Sequence record: CM123846.1
Reading direction: 5' to 3' (one strand)
DNA length: 32,000 bases
Shown here: positions 20,124-32,000 of the stretch, one piece after another
Numbering within the stretch: the stretch's first letter is position 1
Layout of the letters: every line of letters begins with the position of its first letter
The notes under the pieces: model-generated
What the model saw: the letters and a program-made list of their open reading frames with translations, nothing else
Databases searched by the model: none
Told to the model about the DNA's origin: nothing
Translations under genes and position numbers: made by a program

Positions 20124-20195
20124 TGAGCCTAGTAGGATTTGAACCTACATTAGAAACTTAGAAGGTTCCTGTCCTATCCATTAGACGATAGGCCC
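20124..20195 (-). tRNA. trnR: tRNA-Arg (UCU)
   Basis: The reverse complement begins GGGCCTATCGTCTAATGGATAGGACAGGAAC. Anticodon loop is CTTCTAA and the T-arm is GTAGGTTCAAATCCTAC. Confidence 0.88.
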
Positions 20196-20197
20196 AA

Positions 20198-20227
20198 CTA
20201 AATTTAACGATTTCTCGTTAAATTTAG
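20198..20227 (-). terminator. 3' stem-loop downstream of chlI
   Basis: CTAAATTTAACGA pairs with TCGTTAAATTTAG (13 bp, 4-nt loop), 9 nt beyond the chlI stop. Confidence 0.6.
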
Positions 20228-20236
20228 AAAATTTAA

Positions 20237-21304
20237 TTAATCATCATATCCAAAAACACGTTTAAAAATATCACGTACTTTGTCACCAGAATCAATTGAT
20301 TCTAATGGATCTTTACGTAATCGATGACGTAAACAAAGTGGAATTACACGATAGATATCTTCTGGTGTAACTGTTGTATGACCTTCAAATGCTGCTAATG
20401 CTTTACTAGCACGATTCGTTACTAAATCACCACGTAAACCATCTACATCTAATTCAGAACAAATTTCAGAAATTTTTACACGATATTCATAATTTAATTC
20501 AATTTCTGGTAATAATTTACGTGCTTCAATAATTTTATTTGCTAATTGAAGTTGCGAATCTTGGTATGAATTTCTAAATTCAAGTGGAGATGAATCAAAA
20601 ATAGCACGTTGTTCTACAATTTGAACACGTAAATCTGGTTCTTTTACTGTGCCAATTTGAGCATGCATGCCAAATCGATCTAATAGTTGTGGTCTAAGTT
20701 CACCTTCTTCCGGGTTACCTGATCCAACTAAAATAAATCTTGCGGGATGGCTAATTGAAATACCTTCACGTTCTACAGTATTCCAACCTGATGCAGCAGA
20801 ATCTAAAAGCACATCAACTAAATGATCATCTAATAAGTTAACTTCATCAACATATAAAATTCCACGATTAGCTTTTGCTAGCAAACCAGGTTCAAAAGAT
20901 TTTACACCATCTGTTAATGCTTTTTCAATATCAATTGTTCCACAAACTCGGTCTTCTGTTGCTCCTAATGGAAGATCAACCATTGTAATTTTTTTTGTTG
21001 CAGTTGGCAATGTTTCATTATTATTAATTCGATCACGAACATCTTGACTCATTAATTCTGGATCATTTGGATCTGAATTAAATGGATCATCTGCAACAAC
21101 TTCAATTTCAGGTAATAAATCGACAAGTGCACGAACAGTTGTTGATTTACCTGTCCCACGATCGCCCATAATCATAACACCACCAATTTTAGGGTCAATA
21201 ACATTTAAAATTAGTGCTAATTTCATTTCTTCTTGACCAACAATAGCGGTAAAAGGAAATACTGGACGAGCTTCTTCTAGAATATTTGGTGCTTGTGTAT
21301 TCAT
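20237..21304 (-). CDS. chlI: magnesium chelatase subunit I
   Basis: 355-aa ORF. It contains [40 protein letters not shown] (Walker A) and [17 protein letters not shown] (Walker B). Confidence 0.97.
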   Translation of the reverse strand: MNTQAPNILEEARPVFPFTAIVGQEEMKLALILNVIDPKIGGVMIMGDRGTGKSTTVRALVDLLPEIEVVADDPFNSDPNDPELMSQDVRDRINNNETLPTATKKITMVDLPLGATEDRVCGTIDIEKALTDGVKSFEPGLLAKANRGILYVDEVNLLDDHLVDVLLDSAASGWNTVEREGISISHPARFILVGSGNPEEGELRPQLLDRFGMHAQIGTVKEPDLRVQIVEQRAIFDSSPLEFRNSYQDSQLQLANKIIEARKLLPEIELNYEYRVKISEICSELDVDGLRGDLVTNRASKALAAFEGHTTVTPEDIYRVIPLCLRHRLRKDPLESIDSGDKVRDIFKRVFGYDD

Positions 21305-21492
21305 AAATACTACATTAAAAAATTGATAATTTTCTCTATTATATACAGTATAATATAAAAAATTTTTTTTATCAATCTTGTAGTCATTTAATAATAATTA
21401 TTATTAAGGTATAATAATAAATAATATTTATTCGAGAAAAAAATTTACATATATCGGTGAAAAATAAGTCGATATTAAATTAGATAATTTGT

Positions 21493-22443
21493 ATGAACTT
21501 TTTAACTAAAGACAAAGTACTAAAAGTATTTAACTTTTTAGTTGTTACTTTTATTAGTATTTCAATTTCAAATTCAGCAAATGCATACCCAATTTTTGCA
21601 CAACAAAATTATAATCAACCACGTGAAGCGACAGGTCGAATTGTTTGTGCAAATTGTCATTTAGCACAAAAACCAGTTGAAATTGAAGTTCCACAATCTG
21701 TATTACCTGATACAGTGTTTGAAGCTGTTGTAAAAATTCCATATGATCAACAAATCAAACAAATTGGCTCAAATGGTAAAAAAGCGGGTTTAAATGTTGG
21801 TGCAGTATTAATTTTACCTGAAGGTTTCCAATTAGCTCCACCTGAACGTTTATCAGATGAAATGAAAGCAAAGGTTGGAAAATTATATTTTTCACCATAC
21901 AGTCCTGAACAAAAAAATATTTTAGTTGTTGGACCAGTACCTGGAAAAAAATATAGTGAAATGACATTTCCAATTTTATCACCGGATCCAAGCAAAGATA
22001 AATCAGTATCTTATTTAAAATACCCGATTTATTTAGGTGGTAATCGTGGTCGTGGACAATTATATCCAGATGGGTCAAAAAGTAATAATACTGTTTATAC
22101 AGCTTCTGCTGCTGGTACAATTTCATCAATTGATCCAATTGAAGATAAAGGTGGTTTTAATGTAAAAATTAAAACATCTACTGATGAAGAGTCAATAGTA
22201 ACAATTCCAGCGGGTCCAGAATTATTAGTAAAAGTTGGAGATATTGTAAAAGCTGACCAAGCTTTAACAAATAACCCAAATGTAGGTGGTTTTGGTCAAG
22301 CTGAAACAGAAGTTGTGTTACAAAATCCAGCCCGCATTCAAGGTTTATTAATTTTCTTTGTAACAATTTTATTAGCACAAGTATTCCTTGTTCTTAAGAA
22401 AAAACAATTTGAAAAAGTTCAATTAGCAGAAATGAACTTTTAA
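21493..22443 (+). CDS. petA: cytochrome f precursor
   Basis: 316-aa ORF. A signal peptide is followed by [27 protein letters not shown] (CxxCH haem site) and a C-terminal TM helix. Confidence 0.97.
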   Translation: MNFLTKDKVLKVFNFLVVTFISISISNSANAYPIFAQQNYNQPREATGRIVCANCHLAQKPVEIEVPQSVLPDTVFEAVVKIPYDQQIKQIGSNGKKAGLNVGAVLILPEGFQLAPPERLSDEMKAKVGKLYFSPYSPEQKNILVVGPVPGKKYSEMTFPILSPDPSKDKSVSYLKYPIYLGGNRGRGQLYPDGSKSNNTVYTASAAGTISSIDPIEDKGGFNVKIKTSTDEESIVTIPAGPELLVKVGDIVKADQALTNNPNVGGFGQAETEVVLQNPARIQGLLIFFVTILLAQVFLVLKKKQFEKVQLAEMNF

Positions 22444-22475
22444 TGAGTTTTGAGTTAAAAAAACATTATTTATTT

Positions 22476-22571
22476 ATGATTACAGTAGCAAGTTATCTAG
22501 GCTTTTTAGTTGCTGCATTAGTTACAACTCTTGCTCTTTATATTGGCCTATTAAAAATTAAATTAATTTAA
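22476..22571 (+). CDS. petL: cytochrome b6f subunit VI
   Basis: My translation is [31 protein letters not shown] (31 aa), which matches the petL consensus in length and pattern. An in-frame ATG 33 nt upstream (22443) overlaps the petA stop. Confidence 0.8.
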   Translation: MITVASYLGFLVAALVTTLALYIGLLKIKLI

Positions 22572-22579
22572 TTAGTACT

Positions 22580-22693
22580 ATGGTAGAACCTTTATTATCA
22601 GGTATCGTACTAGGATTAGTTCCAGTAACAATTACAGGTTTATTCGTTACTGCATATTTACAGTATCGTCGTGGTGATCAACTTAATATTTAA
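22580..22693 (+). CDS. petG: cytochrome b6f subunit V
   Basis: My translation is [37 protein letters not shown] (37 aa). Confidence 0.93.
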   Translation: MVEPLLSGIVLGLVPVTITGLFVTAYLQYRRGDQLNI

Positions 22694-22716
22694 GTTGACT
22701 CAAAATTTTTTATTGA

Positions 22717-22745
22717 GTACTAAGGATAGAATTTATCCTTAGTAC
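22717..22745 (+). terminator. 3' stem-loop downstream of petG
   Basis: GTACTAAGGATA pairs with TATCCTTAGTAC (12 bp, 5-nt loop). Confidence 0.6.
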
Positions 22746-22770
22746 TATTAAGTAACAAAAAACTGGTAAG

Positions 22771-22800
22771 TTGATTTCTATATCAGAAAATATGCATAAT
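22771..22800 (+). promoter_or_regulatory. candidate sigma70-type (PEP) promoter for psbD-psbC
   Basis: TTGATT (22771-22776), then an 18-nt spacer, then CATAAT (22795-22800), about 110 nt upstream of the psbD ATG. Such matches are easy to find by chance in AT-rich DNA. Confidence 0.25.
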
Positions 22801-22813
22801 AAAATATGCATAA
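22787..22813 (+). repeat. tandem direct repeat, two copies of AAAATATGCATAA with 14-nt period
   Basis: Copy 1 is 22787-22799 and copy 2 is 22801-22813. They are identical 13-mers separated by a single T. Confidence 0.8.
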
Positions 22814-22890
22814 ACAAACAAATTAATTTTTAATTGGATTAAAAAAGTTAAATAAACTATATAATTTATTTATATAACTTATTTTTATAA

Positions 22891-25336
<2,446 letters not shown>

Positions 25337-25355
25337 ACACGTGAGTTTTTAATAT

Positions 25356-25385
25356 GATAAAGTTTCTTTCAAAAGAAACTTTATC
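25356..25385 (+). terminator. 3' stem-loop downstream of psbC
   Basis: GATAAAGTTTC pairs with GAAACTTTATC (11 bp, extendable by A-T pairs). Confidence 0.6.
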
Positions 25386-25432
25386 AAAAAAGTTGTGAAA
25401 TATACTAATATTGTATACAATATTAAACAAAA

Positions 25433-25519
25433 GGAAAGATGACCGAGAGGCCGATGGTACCGCATTGCTAATGCGGCGTAGTCACACGACTACCGAGGGT
25501 TCGAATCCCTCTCTTTCCG
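25433..25519 (+). tRNA. trnS: tRNA-Ser (GCU)
   Basis: The sequence begins GGAAAGATGACCGAGAGGCCGATGGTA. Anticodon loop is TTGCTAA. It has a long variable arm and T-arm GAGGGTTCGAATCCCTC. Confidence 0.9.
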
Positions 25520-25537
25520 AACAAATAGTTTTTTTCC

Positions 25538-25563
25538 GTTGTATAGTCTTGAAACTATACAAC
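25538..25563. terminator. stem-loop between convergent trnS(GCU) and ycf3
   Basis: GTTGTATAGT pairs with ACTATACAAC (10 bp, 6-nt loop). It abuts the ycf3 stop codon. Confidence 0.55.
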
Positions 25564-26067
25564 TTAAACACGACCTGTCATTTGAAGCCAATTTTGGGCT
25601 TCAATATAATTTGTAGGAGCTAATCTAATTGCTTCACGCCAATAATCAGCAGCTTTATCAAATAATAATTTTGATACTTCAAGCTGATTATTATCTAATG
25701 CTTGTTCACCGCGGTAATGGTATATTACTGCAATATTATTCAAAGCTTGTGGTAAAGAAGGATTACGTTCTAATGCTTGAAAATAATAATTTAAAGCGCG
25801 GGCATGATCACCATTACTAGTATGAATTAATCCAATATTATATAAAATATAACTACGATCATAAGCATCCGTTTCTAACCGTAATGCTTCATAATAATTT
25901 TGAAGTGCTTCTGCATACTCACCTTCTGATTGAGCAGACATCCCATCACGATAGTAACTAAATGCTTGTTTTTCACGATTCGAAGTTGGTAAAACTTTTA
26001 ATAAAATATCAGCAATAACTGTAAACGTTTTATCAATGAAATTATCATTTCTTTGAGATCTAGGCAT
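25564..26067 (-). CDS. ycf3: photosystem I assembly protein Ycf3 (TPR), no introns
   Basis: 167 aa from [25 protein letters not shown], the conserved Ycf3 N-terminus. The ORF-track start 18 codons upstream runs through the psbI 3' hairpin and was not used. Confidence 0.93.
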   Translation of the reverse strand: MPRSQRNDNFIDKTFTVIADILLKVLPTSNREKQAFSYYRDGMSAQSEGEYAEALQNYYEALRLETDAYDRSYILYNIGLIHTSNGDHARALNYYFQALERNPSLPQALNNIAVIYHYRGEQALDNNQLEVSKLLFDKAADYWREAIRLAPTNYIEAQNWLQMTGRV

Positions 26068-26089
26068 AAGGATAATAATTTTATTAATT

Positions 26090-26121
26090 GTGTTTTTGGA
26101 TAGAGTTTTATCCAAAAACAC
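26090..26121 (-). terminator. 3' stem-loop downstream of psbI
   Basis: GTGTTTTTGGATA pairs with TATCCAAAAACAC (13 bp, 6-nt loop). Confidence 0.6.
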
Positions 26122-26143
26122 ATAAATTTATAGAATTTACAAT

Positions 26144-26278
<135 letters not shown>

Positions 26279-26314
26279 TTAATTTATAGGCTACGATATA
26301 ATATATATTATATC

Positions 26315-26331
26315 ATATATATATATATATA
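26315..26331. repeat. (AT)8 microsatellite
   Basis: Uninterrupted ATATATATATATATATA in the psbI-trnT spacer. Confidence 0.9.
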
Positions 26332-26407
26332 CTGTACTATATTTCCTATATAAAAGGAGAATTTTACAAATTAAAATATATAATGTATACTACATTTAAA
26401 TGAATAA

Positions 26408-26480
26408 GCCTGCTTAACTCAATTGGCAGAGTATTGGTCTTGTAAACCAAAGGTTATCGGTTCAACTCCGATAGCAGGCT
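26408..26480 (+). tRNA. trnT: tRNA-Thr (UGU)
   Basis: The sequence begins GCCTGCTTAACTCAATTGGCAGAGTATTGGT. Anticodon loop is CTTGTAA and the T-arm is ATCGGTTCAACTCCGAT. Confidence 0.9.
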
Positions 26481-26594
26481 AAATTTTATATAAAACAGTC
26501 TTGAAAACCGTTTCAATCCTATTATAATGATAATTATAAAAGAGTTTATGATTGATAATTAATAATTACTAAGAAATCATTATTCATATCAATA

Positions 26595-27326
26595 ATGGCA
26601 CAAAAAATTAAATTAGAAGAAATGATTCAAAGTGGAATGCATTTTGGACATTTCACACGTGAATGGAATCCAAGAATGACACCATATATTTATGGTGAGC
26701 GTAATGGACGCCATATTATTGACTTAGTTCAAACTCATTATTTATTAACTGAAGTGTTAAACTTCATTGAAAAAAGTGCGAGCCAAGGGAAAACATTTTT
26801 ATTTGTTGGTACAAAAAAACAAGCAGCTCCTTTAGTTGCTGAGTCTGCATTAGCATGTAATAGTTATTACGTAAACCAACGTTGGTTAGGTGGAATGTTA
26901 ACGAATTGGCAAACAATTCAAAAATCTATTCGTAAGTTGAAAAACTATCGATTAGCTGAAGAAACAGGTGACTGGAATTTATTAAAAAAACAAGAAGTTG
27001 CTAAAAAACGACGTGAAAAACAACGTTTAGAAAAATATTTAGGTGGCTTAGAAAATATGCCAAATCGACCAGATGTGGTTATTATTATTGGTCAACCTGA
27101 AGAAATTCATGCAGTACGTGAATGTCGTCAGTTAAAAATTCCAACAATTACTTTATTAGATAGTAATTGTGATCCAACAATGGCAGACTGGTTCGTTCCA
27201 ATGAATGATGACTCAGTATCAGGATTACGTTTAATTTTAAGTTCATTTGAGACAGCAATCCAAACAGGTCAGCAAAAGTATAATGATACGCAACTATTAA
27301 AAGAATCAAAACGTAAAACAAATTAA
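26595..27326 (+). CDS. rps2: ribosomal protein S2
   Basis: 243-aa ORF containing MIQSGMHFGHFTREWNPRM and VNQRWLGGMLTNW. Confidence 0.96.
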   Translation: MAQKIKLEEMIQSGMHFGHFTREWNPRMTPYIYGERNGRHIIDLVQTHYLLTEVLNFIEKSASQGKTFLFVGTKKQAAPLVAESALACNSYYVNQRWLGGMLTNWQTIQKSIRKLKNYRLAEETGDWNLLKKQEVAKKRREKQRLEKYLGGLENMPNRPDVVIIIGQPEEIHAVRECRQLKIPTITLLDSNCDPTMADWFVPMNDDSVSGLRLILSSFETAIQTGQQKYNDTQLLKESKRKTN

Positions 27327-27398
27327 ATTCAACGTTTGATTTATTTAATAACTAAAGTTTTCTAAAAAAACTTGAAAAAATTTTAAGGAAGAATAATT

Positions 27399-28118
27399 AT
27401 GACAAATTTCTGGTTTGATATTGCCGAAGTTTCTGTAGGTCAACACTGGTATTGGCAAGTTGGGAACTATCAAATTCATGGCCAAGTATTATTAACAAGT
27501 TGGTTTGTATTTGGTGTAATAGCTTTAATTTCTTTATTAGGAAACCAAAATTTAAAATCAATTCCAGAAGGTTTACAAAATTTAACTGAATATGTCACAG
27601 AATATATTCGTGATTTAGCAAAAACACAAATTGGTGAAGAAGATTATATCAAATGGGTACCGTTCTTAGGAACAATCTTCTTATTTATTTTTGTTTCAAA
27701 TTGGTCAGGTGCTTTATTACCATGGCGTGTTCTTGAACTTCCAAATGGGGAATTAGCCGCACCAACAAATGATATTAATACAACAGTAGCGTTATCATTA
27801 CTAACATCAATTGCATATTTTTATGCTGGTATTAGTAAAAAAGGTTTAGGTTATTTTAAACGATATGTATCACCTGCTGCTTTTTTATTACCAATTAATG
27901 TATTAGAAGATTTTACAAAACCATTATCATTAAGTTTCCGACTTTTTGGTAATATCTTAGCCGATGAATTAGTAGTAGGTGTATTAATTACTTTAGTACC
28001 GCTTGTAATTCCAATTCCAATTATGTTATTAGGTTTATTTACAAGTGCAATTCAAGCGTTAGTTTTTGCGACTCTAGCTGGTGCTTATATTGGTGAAGCA
28101 GTTGAAGATCATCATTAA
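27399..28118 (+). CDS. atpI: ATP synthase CF0 subunit a
   Basis: 239-aa ORF containing [17 protein letters not shown] and [16 protein letters not shown]. Confidence 0.96.
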   Translation: MTNFWFDIAEVSVGQHWYWQVGNYQIHGQVLLTSWFVFGVIALISLLGNQNLKSIPEGLQNLTEYVTEYIRDLAKTQIGEEDYIKWVPFLGTIFLFIFVSNWSGALLPWRVLELPNGELAAPTNDINTTVALSLLTSIAYFYAGISKKGLGYFKRYVSPAAFLLPINVLEDFTKPLSLSFRLFGNILADELVVGVLITLVPLVIPIPIMLLGLFTSAIQALVFATLAGAYIGEAVEDHH

Positions 28119-28318
28119 ATCAAAAAAATCTTTTTCTTACTCTATATATAAGTTTCTATAGACATAGAAATTTCATTTTTTTTACTTATAAAGTAAAATA
28201 AATATACTAGATAAATCGATTGTATCAAAGTCTATTTTTTATCAAAAAAATATGGTATATTTCTATAAATCTAGTCTAAAAAGAAAATATAAAAATTAGG
28301 TTTTATATTCAAATCTAA

Positions 28319-28606
<288 letters not shown>

Positions 28607-28622
28607 TAATTTTAACCTCAAA

Positions 28623-28663
28623 ATTTAGACTTTTTGACTAATTTAAAGTCAAAAAGTCTAAAT
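28623..28663 (+). terminator. 3' stem-loop downstream of atpH
   Basis: ATTTAGACTTTTTGACT pairs with AGTCAAAAAGTCTAAAT (17 bp perfect, 7-nt loop). Confidence 0.65.
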
Positions 28664-28720
28664 AAATATTATTTATATTTAGATGCAAATAAACATATAA
28701 CTAGATTAAGGGGATTTTTC

Positions 28721-29248
28721 ATGTTTTTCACCAATGCATTAGTATTTGCTGAACAATTTGGTTTTAATACTAATCTTCTTGAAACAAATGTATTAAATTT
28801 AGCAGTAGTGTTAGCTGTTGTTATTATTTATATCGGTGATGCTTTAAAAAGTCTTCTTGCTAATAGAAAACAAACAATTTTAAATAATTTTCAAGAAGCA
28901 GATAAACGTGCTCTTGAAGCTGAAAATCGTTTAAAAGAAGCCAAAAAACAATTTGAAGAAGCTCAAGCAAAAGCAAAGCAAATTACAGATCAAGCGACTG
29001 TGACAATCGAGCGTGAACGTAATCAAATTGTTCAACAAAATCAAGAAGATATTCAACGTTTAAGTGTAATGCAAAAAGAAGTATTACAACTTGAGCAACA
29101 AAAAGCTCAAAGTGAGCTTGCACAAAAACTAGTAAAATTAGCATTACATCAGGTTAATGAAAAACTTACTCAACGTTTAAATGCATCAGTGCATAGTGCA
29201 ATAAACAATTTTCAAATTGTTTTATTTACGAATTTTAAACCACAATAA
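28721..29248 (+). CDS. atpF: ATP synthase CF0 subunit b (no intron)
   Basis: 175 aa from MFFTNALVFAEQFGFNTNLLETNVLNLAVV, followed by a long charged coiled region. The ORF-track TTG start at 28634 lies inside the atpH terminator hairpin and was not used. Confidence 0.88.
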   Translation: MFFTNALVFAEQFGFNTNLLETNVLNLAVVLAVVIIYIGDALKSLLANRKQTILNNFQEADKRALEAENRLKEAKKQFEEAQAKAKQITDQATVTIERERNQIVQQNQEDIQRLSVMQKEVLQLEQQKAQSELAQKLVKLALHQVNEKLTQRLNASVHSAINNFQIVLFTNFKPQ

Positions 29249-29392
29249 TAAAAAGTATAAACAATATATTGTTTTATTATTTTGAGTAATATAGTTTTTG
29301 TAAAAAACATTAACAAAATTAAAAACATTCTGTTTTTAGAAAAAAATATAGTTTTCTATATTTTAAACGTGTTTTATCACGTAATCTGTTAA

Positions 29393-30934
<1,542 letters not shown>

Positions 30935-30943
30935 GTTTTTATT

Positions 30944-30980
30944 AATCATATAAGATAGTACTATTCTATCTTATATGATT
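30944..30980 (+). terminator. 3' stem-loop downstream of atpA
   Basis: AATCATATAAGATAG pairs with CTATCTTATATGATT (15 bp perfect, 7-nt loop). Confidence 0.65.
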
Positions 30981-31029
30981 TTTTTACTTCTTGTCAAAAA
31001 AACTTTTATATATTATTATATAAATAGAA

Positions 31030-31103
31030 GCCTGCTTAGCTCAGTTGGTCAGAGCGTCCGTCTCATACGCGGAATGTCACTAGTTCAAATCTAGTAGCAG
31101 GCA
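31030..31103 (+). tRNA. trnM: tRNA-Met (CAU), elongator-like
   Basis: The sequence begins GCCTGCTTAGCTCAGTTGGTCAGAGCGTCCGT. Anticodon loop is CTCATAC and the T-arm is CTAGTTCAAATCTAG. The overall pattern resembles plastid elongator trnM. tRNA-Ile(CAU, lysidine) cannot be excluded from sequence alone. Confidence 0.7.
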
Positions 31104-31119
31104 CCACTATTAAGCTATC

Positions 31120-31196
31120 TAACGCGGGTATAGCTCAGTTGGTAGAGCGGCACCTTGCCAAGGTGCATGTCGCGCGTTCGAGTCGCGTTACCCGCT
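31120..31196. repeat. arm B of the 77-bp perfect inverted repeat (partner 7465-7541)
   Basis: It is identical to the reverse complement of 7465-7541. Confidence 0.9.
31124..31196 (+). tRNA. trnG: tRNA-Gly (GCC), copy 2
   Basis: The 73-nt sequence is the same as the copy at 7465-7537, on the opposite strand. Confidence 0.92.
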
Positions 31197-31250
31197 ATTA
31201 AACAGATTCGCTACTACTTGTAATAATAAAATACACTTTAATTTATCATT

Positions 31251-31553
31251 ATGGCTAAAAAAAGCATGATTGCTCGTGATCAAAAACGTTTTGCTTTATA
31301 TAATAAATATTTAGAGAAAAGAAATTCATTAAAATTGCAAATTAAACAAGCTCAATCAATGGAAGAAAAACTTTCATTACATAGAAAATTACAACAATTA
31401 CCAATAAATAGTTCGCCAACACGATTACATAACCGATGTTCAGTAACAGGACGACCGAAAGGTTATTTTCGTGATTTTGGAGTTTCACGACATATATTAC
31501 GTGAATATGCTTTAGAAGGATTATTACCTGGTGTTACAAAATCGAGTTGGTAA
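31251..31553 (+). CDS. rps14: ribosomal protein S14
   Basis: 100-aa ORF beginning [13 protein letters not shown], containing [24 protein letters not shown] and ending GVTKSSW. Confidence 0.96.
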   Translation: MAKKSMIARDQKRFALYNKYLEKRNSLKLQIKQAQSMEEKLSLHRKLQQLPINSSPTRLHNRCSVTGRPKGYFRDFGVSRHILREYALEGLLPGVTKSSW

Positions 31554-31570
31554 TAGCTTGTTTTTTATAT

Positions 31571-31601
31571 TCACATATAGTAAAATATACACTATATGTG
31601 A
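31571..31601 (+). terminator. 3' stem-loop downstream of rps14
   Basis: TCACATATAGT pairs with ACTATATGTGA (11 bp, 9-nt loop). Confidence 0.55.
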
Positions 31602-31607
31602 TAAATA

Positions 31608-31680
31608 GGGGCTGTAGTTCAATTGGTGGAGCATCGCCCTGTCACGGCGAAAGTTGCGGGTTCGAGTCCCGTCAGTCCCG
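31608..31680 (+). tRNA. trnD: tRNA-Asp (GUC)
   Basis: The sequence begins GGGGCTGTAGTTCAATTGGTGGAGCATCGCC. Anticodon loop is CTGTCAC and the T-arm is GCGGGTTCGAGTCCCGT. Confidence 0.9.
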
Positions 31681-31761
31681 ATTAATATGATATACTATCA
31701 TTAGTATCGAATACCCTATTGTCAGATTTCTCAGAATATGCTATTCTTTGTTATATAAGAT

Positions 31762-31779
31762 GTCTAAAATATTTTAGAC
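31762..31779 (+). promoter_or_regulatory. perfect 18-bp palindrome in the rbcL upstream region
   Basis: GTCTAAAAT/ATTTTAGAC, 54 nt upstream of the rbcL ATG. It could be a 5'-UTR stem-loop or a protein-binding dyad. Confidence 0.3.
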
Positions 31780-31832
31780 TTATTTTCGGGCAGATTGTAA
31801 AATCATAATATAGAAATATTTTATTTATTAAA

Positions 31833-32000
31833 ATGGCTCCACAAACTGAAACTAAAGCATCTGCTGGATTTAAAGCAGGGGTAAAAGATTACCGTTTAAC
31901 TTACTACACTCCAGACTATCAAGTAAAAGATACTGATATTCTTGCAGCATTCCGTATGACACCTCAACCAGGTGTACCACCAGAAGAATGTGGTGCAGCG
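31833..32000 (+). CDS. rbcL: RuBisCO large subunit, first 56 codons (continues beyond the window)
   Basis: My translation is [56 protein letters not shown], the green-type form IB N-terminus. Confidence 0.96.
   Translation, partial: MAPQTETKASAGFKAGVKDYRLTYYTPDYQVKDTDILAAFRMTPQPGVPPEECGAA

Noticed and set aside
25411-25623. 70-aa plus-strand ORF. The same reasoning covers 25155-25430 (minus strand) and 25629-25820 (plus strand).
   Set aside because: They overlap trnS(GCU), the psbC 3' end or the ycf3 antisense strand. They are AT-biased junk translations with no conserved motifs.
26068-26121. 18-codon N-terminal extension of ycf3 suggested by the ORF track ([18 protein letters not shown]).
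   Set aside because: The conserved Ycf3 N-terminus is [10 protein letters not shown], at 26067. The extension coincides with the 13-bp psbI 3' hairpin.
26350-26362. Orphan AAAAGGAGAAT motif, the same 11-mer as upstream of psbD at 22890-22900. Here it is followed only by a 6-codon ORF before trnT.
   Set aside because: The match is short, no plausible coding sequence follows, and chance occurrence in purine-rich AT-biased spacer is likely.
26408-26480. trnT(UGU) and the elongator-like trnM (31030-31103) share identical acceptor stems (GCCTGCT/AGCAGGC), which hints at tRNA remolding.
   Set aside because: Outside the acceptor and generic D/T-loop positions the two sequences differ throughout. 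Each resembles the usual plastid consensus for its own isoacceptor, so coincidence or shared ancestry is sufficient.
28634-28720. TTG-initiated 29-codon extension of atpF, and a TTG-initiated 5-codon extension of atpH (28343-28357).
   Set aside because: The atpF extension starts inside the atpH terminator hairpin and has no homology. The atpH extension starts inside its own GGAGG Shine-Dalgarno motif. In both cases canonical ATG starts give consensus-length proteins.

Overview
This window is an ordinary, very compact stretch of an AT-rich green-algal (chlorophyte-type) plastid genome. I found no sign of a novel defence, mobile or other undescribed system.

I can support 47 protein genes (two of them cut by the window edges), 17 tRNA genes and one group I intron. 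The protein genes cover these groups:
- Photosystem II: psbB, psbT, psbN, psbH, psbM, psbD, psbC, psbI.
- Photosystem I: psaJ.
- Cytochrome b6f: petB, petD, petA, petL, petG.
- ATP synthase: atpI, atpH, atpF, atpA.
- Assembly and envelope: ycf3, ycf4, cemA.
- Other: clpP, chlI, the start of rbcL (green form IB), and the 5' part of rpoB.
- Translation and transcription: a 10.7-kb same-strand block, rps12-rps7-tufA-rpl19-ycf4-cemA-rpl23-rpl2-rps19-rps3-rpl16-rpl14-rpl5-rps8-infA-rpl36-rps11-rpoA-rps9-rpl12.

The lineage call rests on plastid-encoded tufA, rpl19, rpl12, rps9, chlI and infA, together with uninterrupted rps12, petB, petD, rpl2, rpl16, atpF, clpP and ycf3. I cannot name the species from sequence alone. 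The only intron is the ancient group I intron in trnL(UAA). Most transcription-unit 3' ends carry perfect stem-loops.

Observations worth a second look, none spectacular:
- A second trnG(GCC) copy forms a 77-bp perfect inverted repeat 23.6 kb from the first, and each copy keeps part of an ancestral tRNA/rps14 neighbourhood.
- rpoA stops right after the alpha N-terminal domain, so it has no alpha-CTD.
- infA starts with TTG and psbC with GTG.
- A TAATG junction joins petA to a possible petL extension.
- Two tRNA pairs are separated by only 2 nt.
- TGA is not used as a stop codon (42 TAA, 3 TAG, 0 TGA).

All coordinates were counted by hand from the printed sequence. Small features may be off by 1-2 nt.
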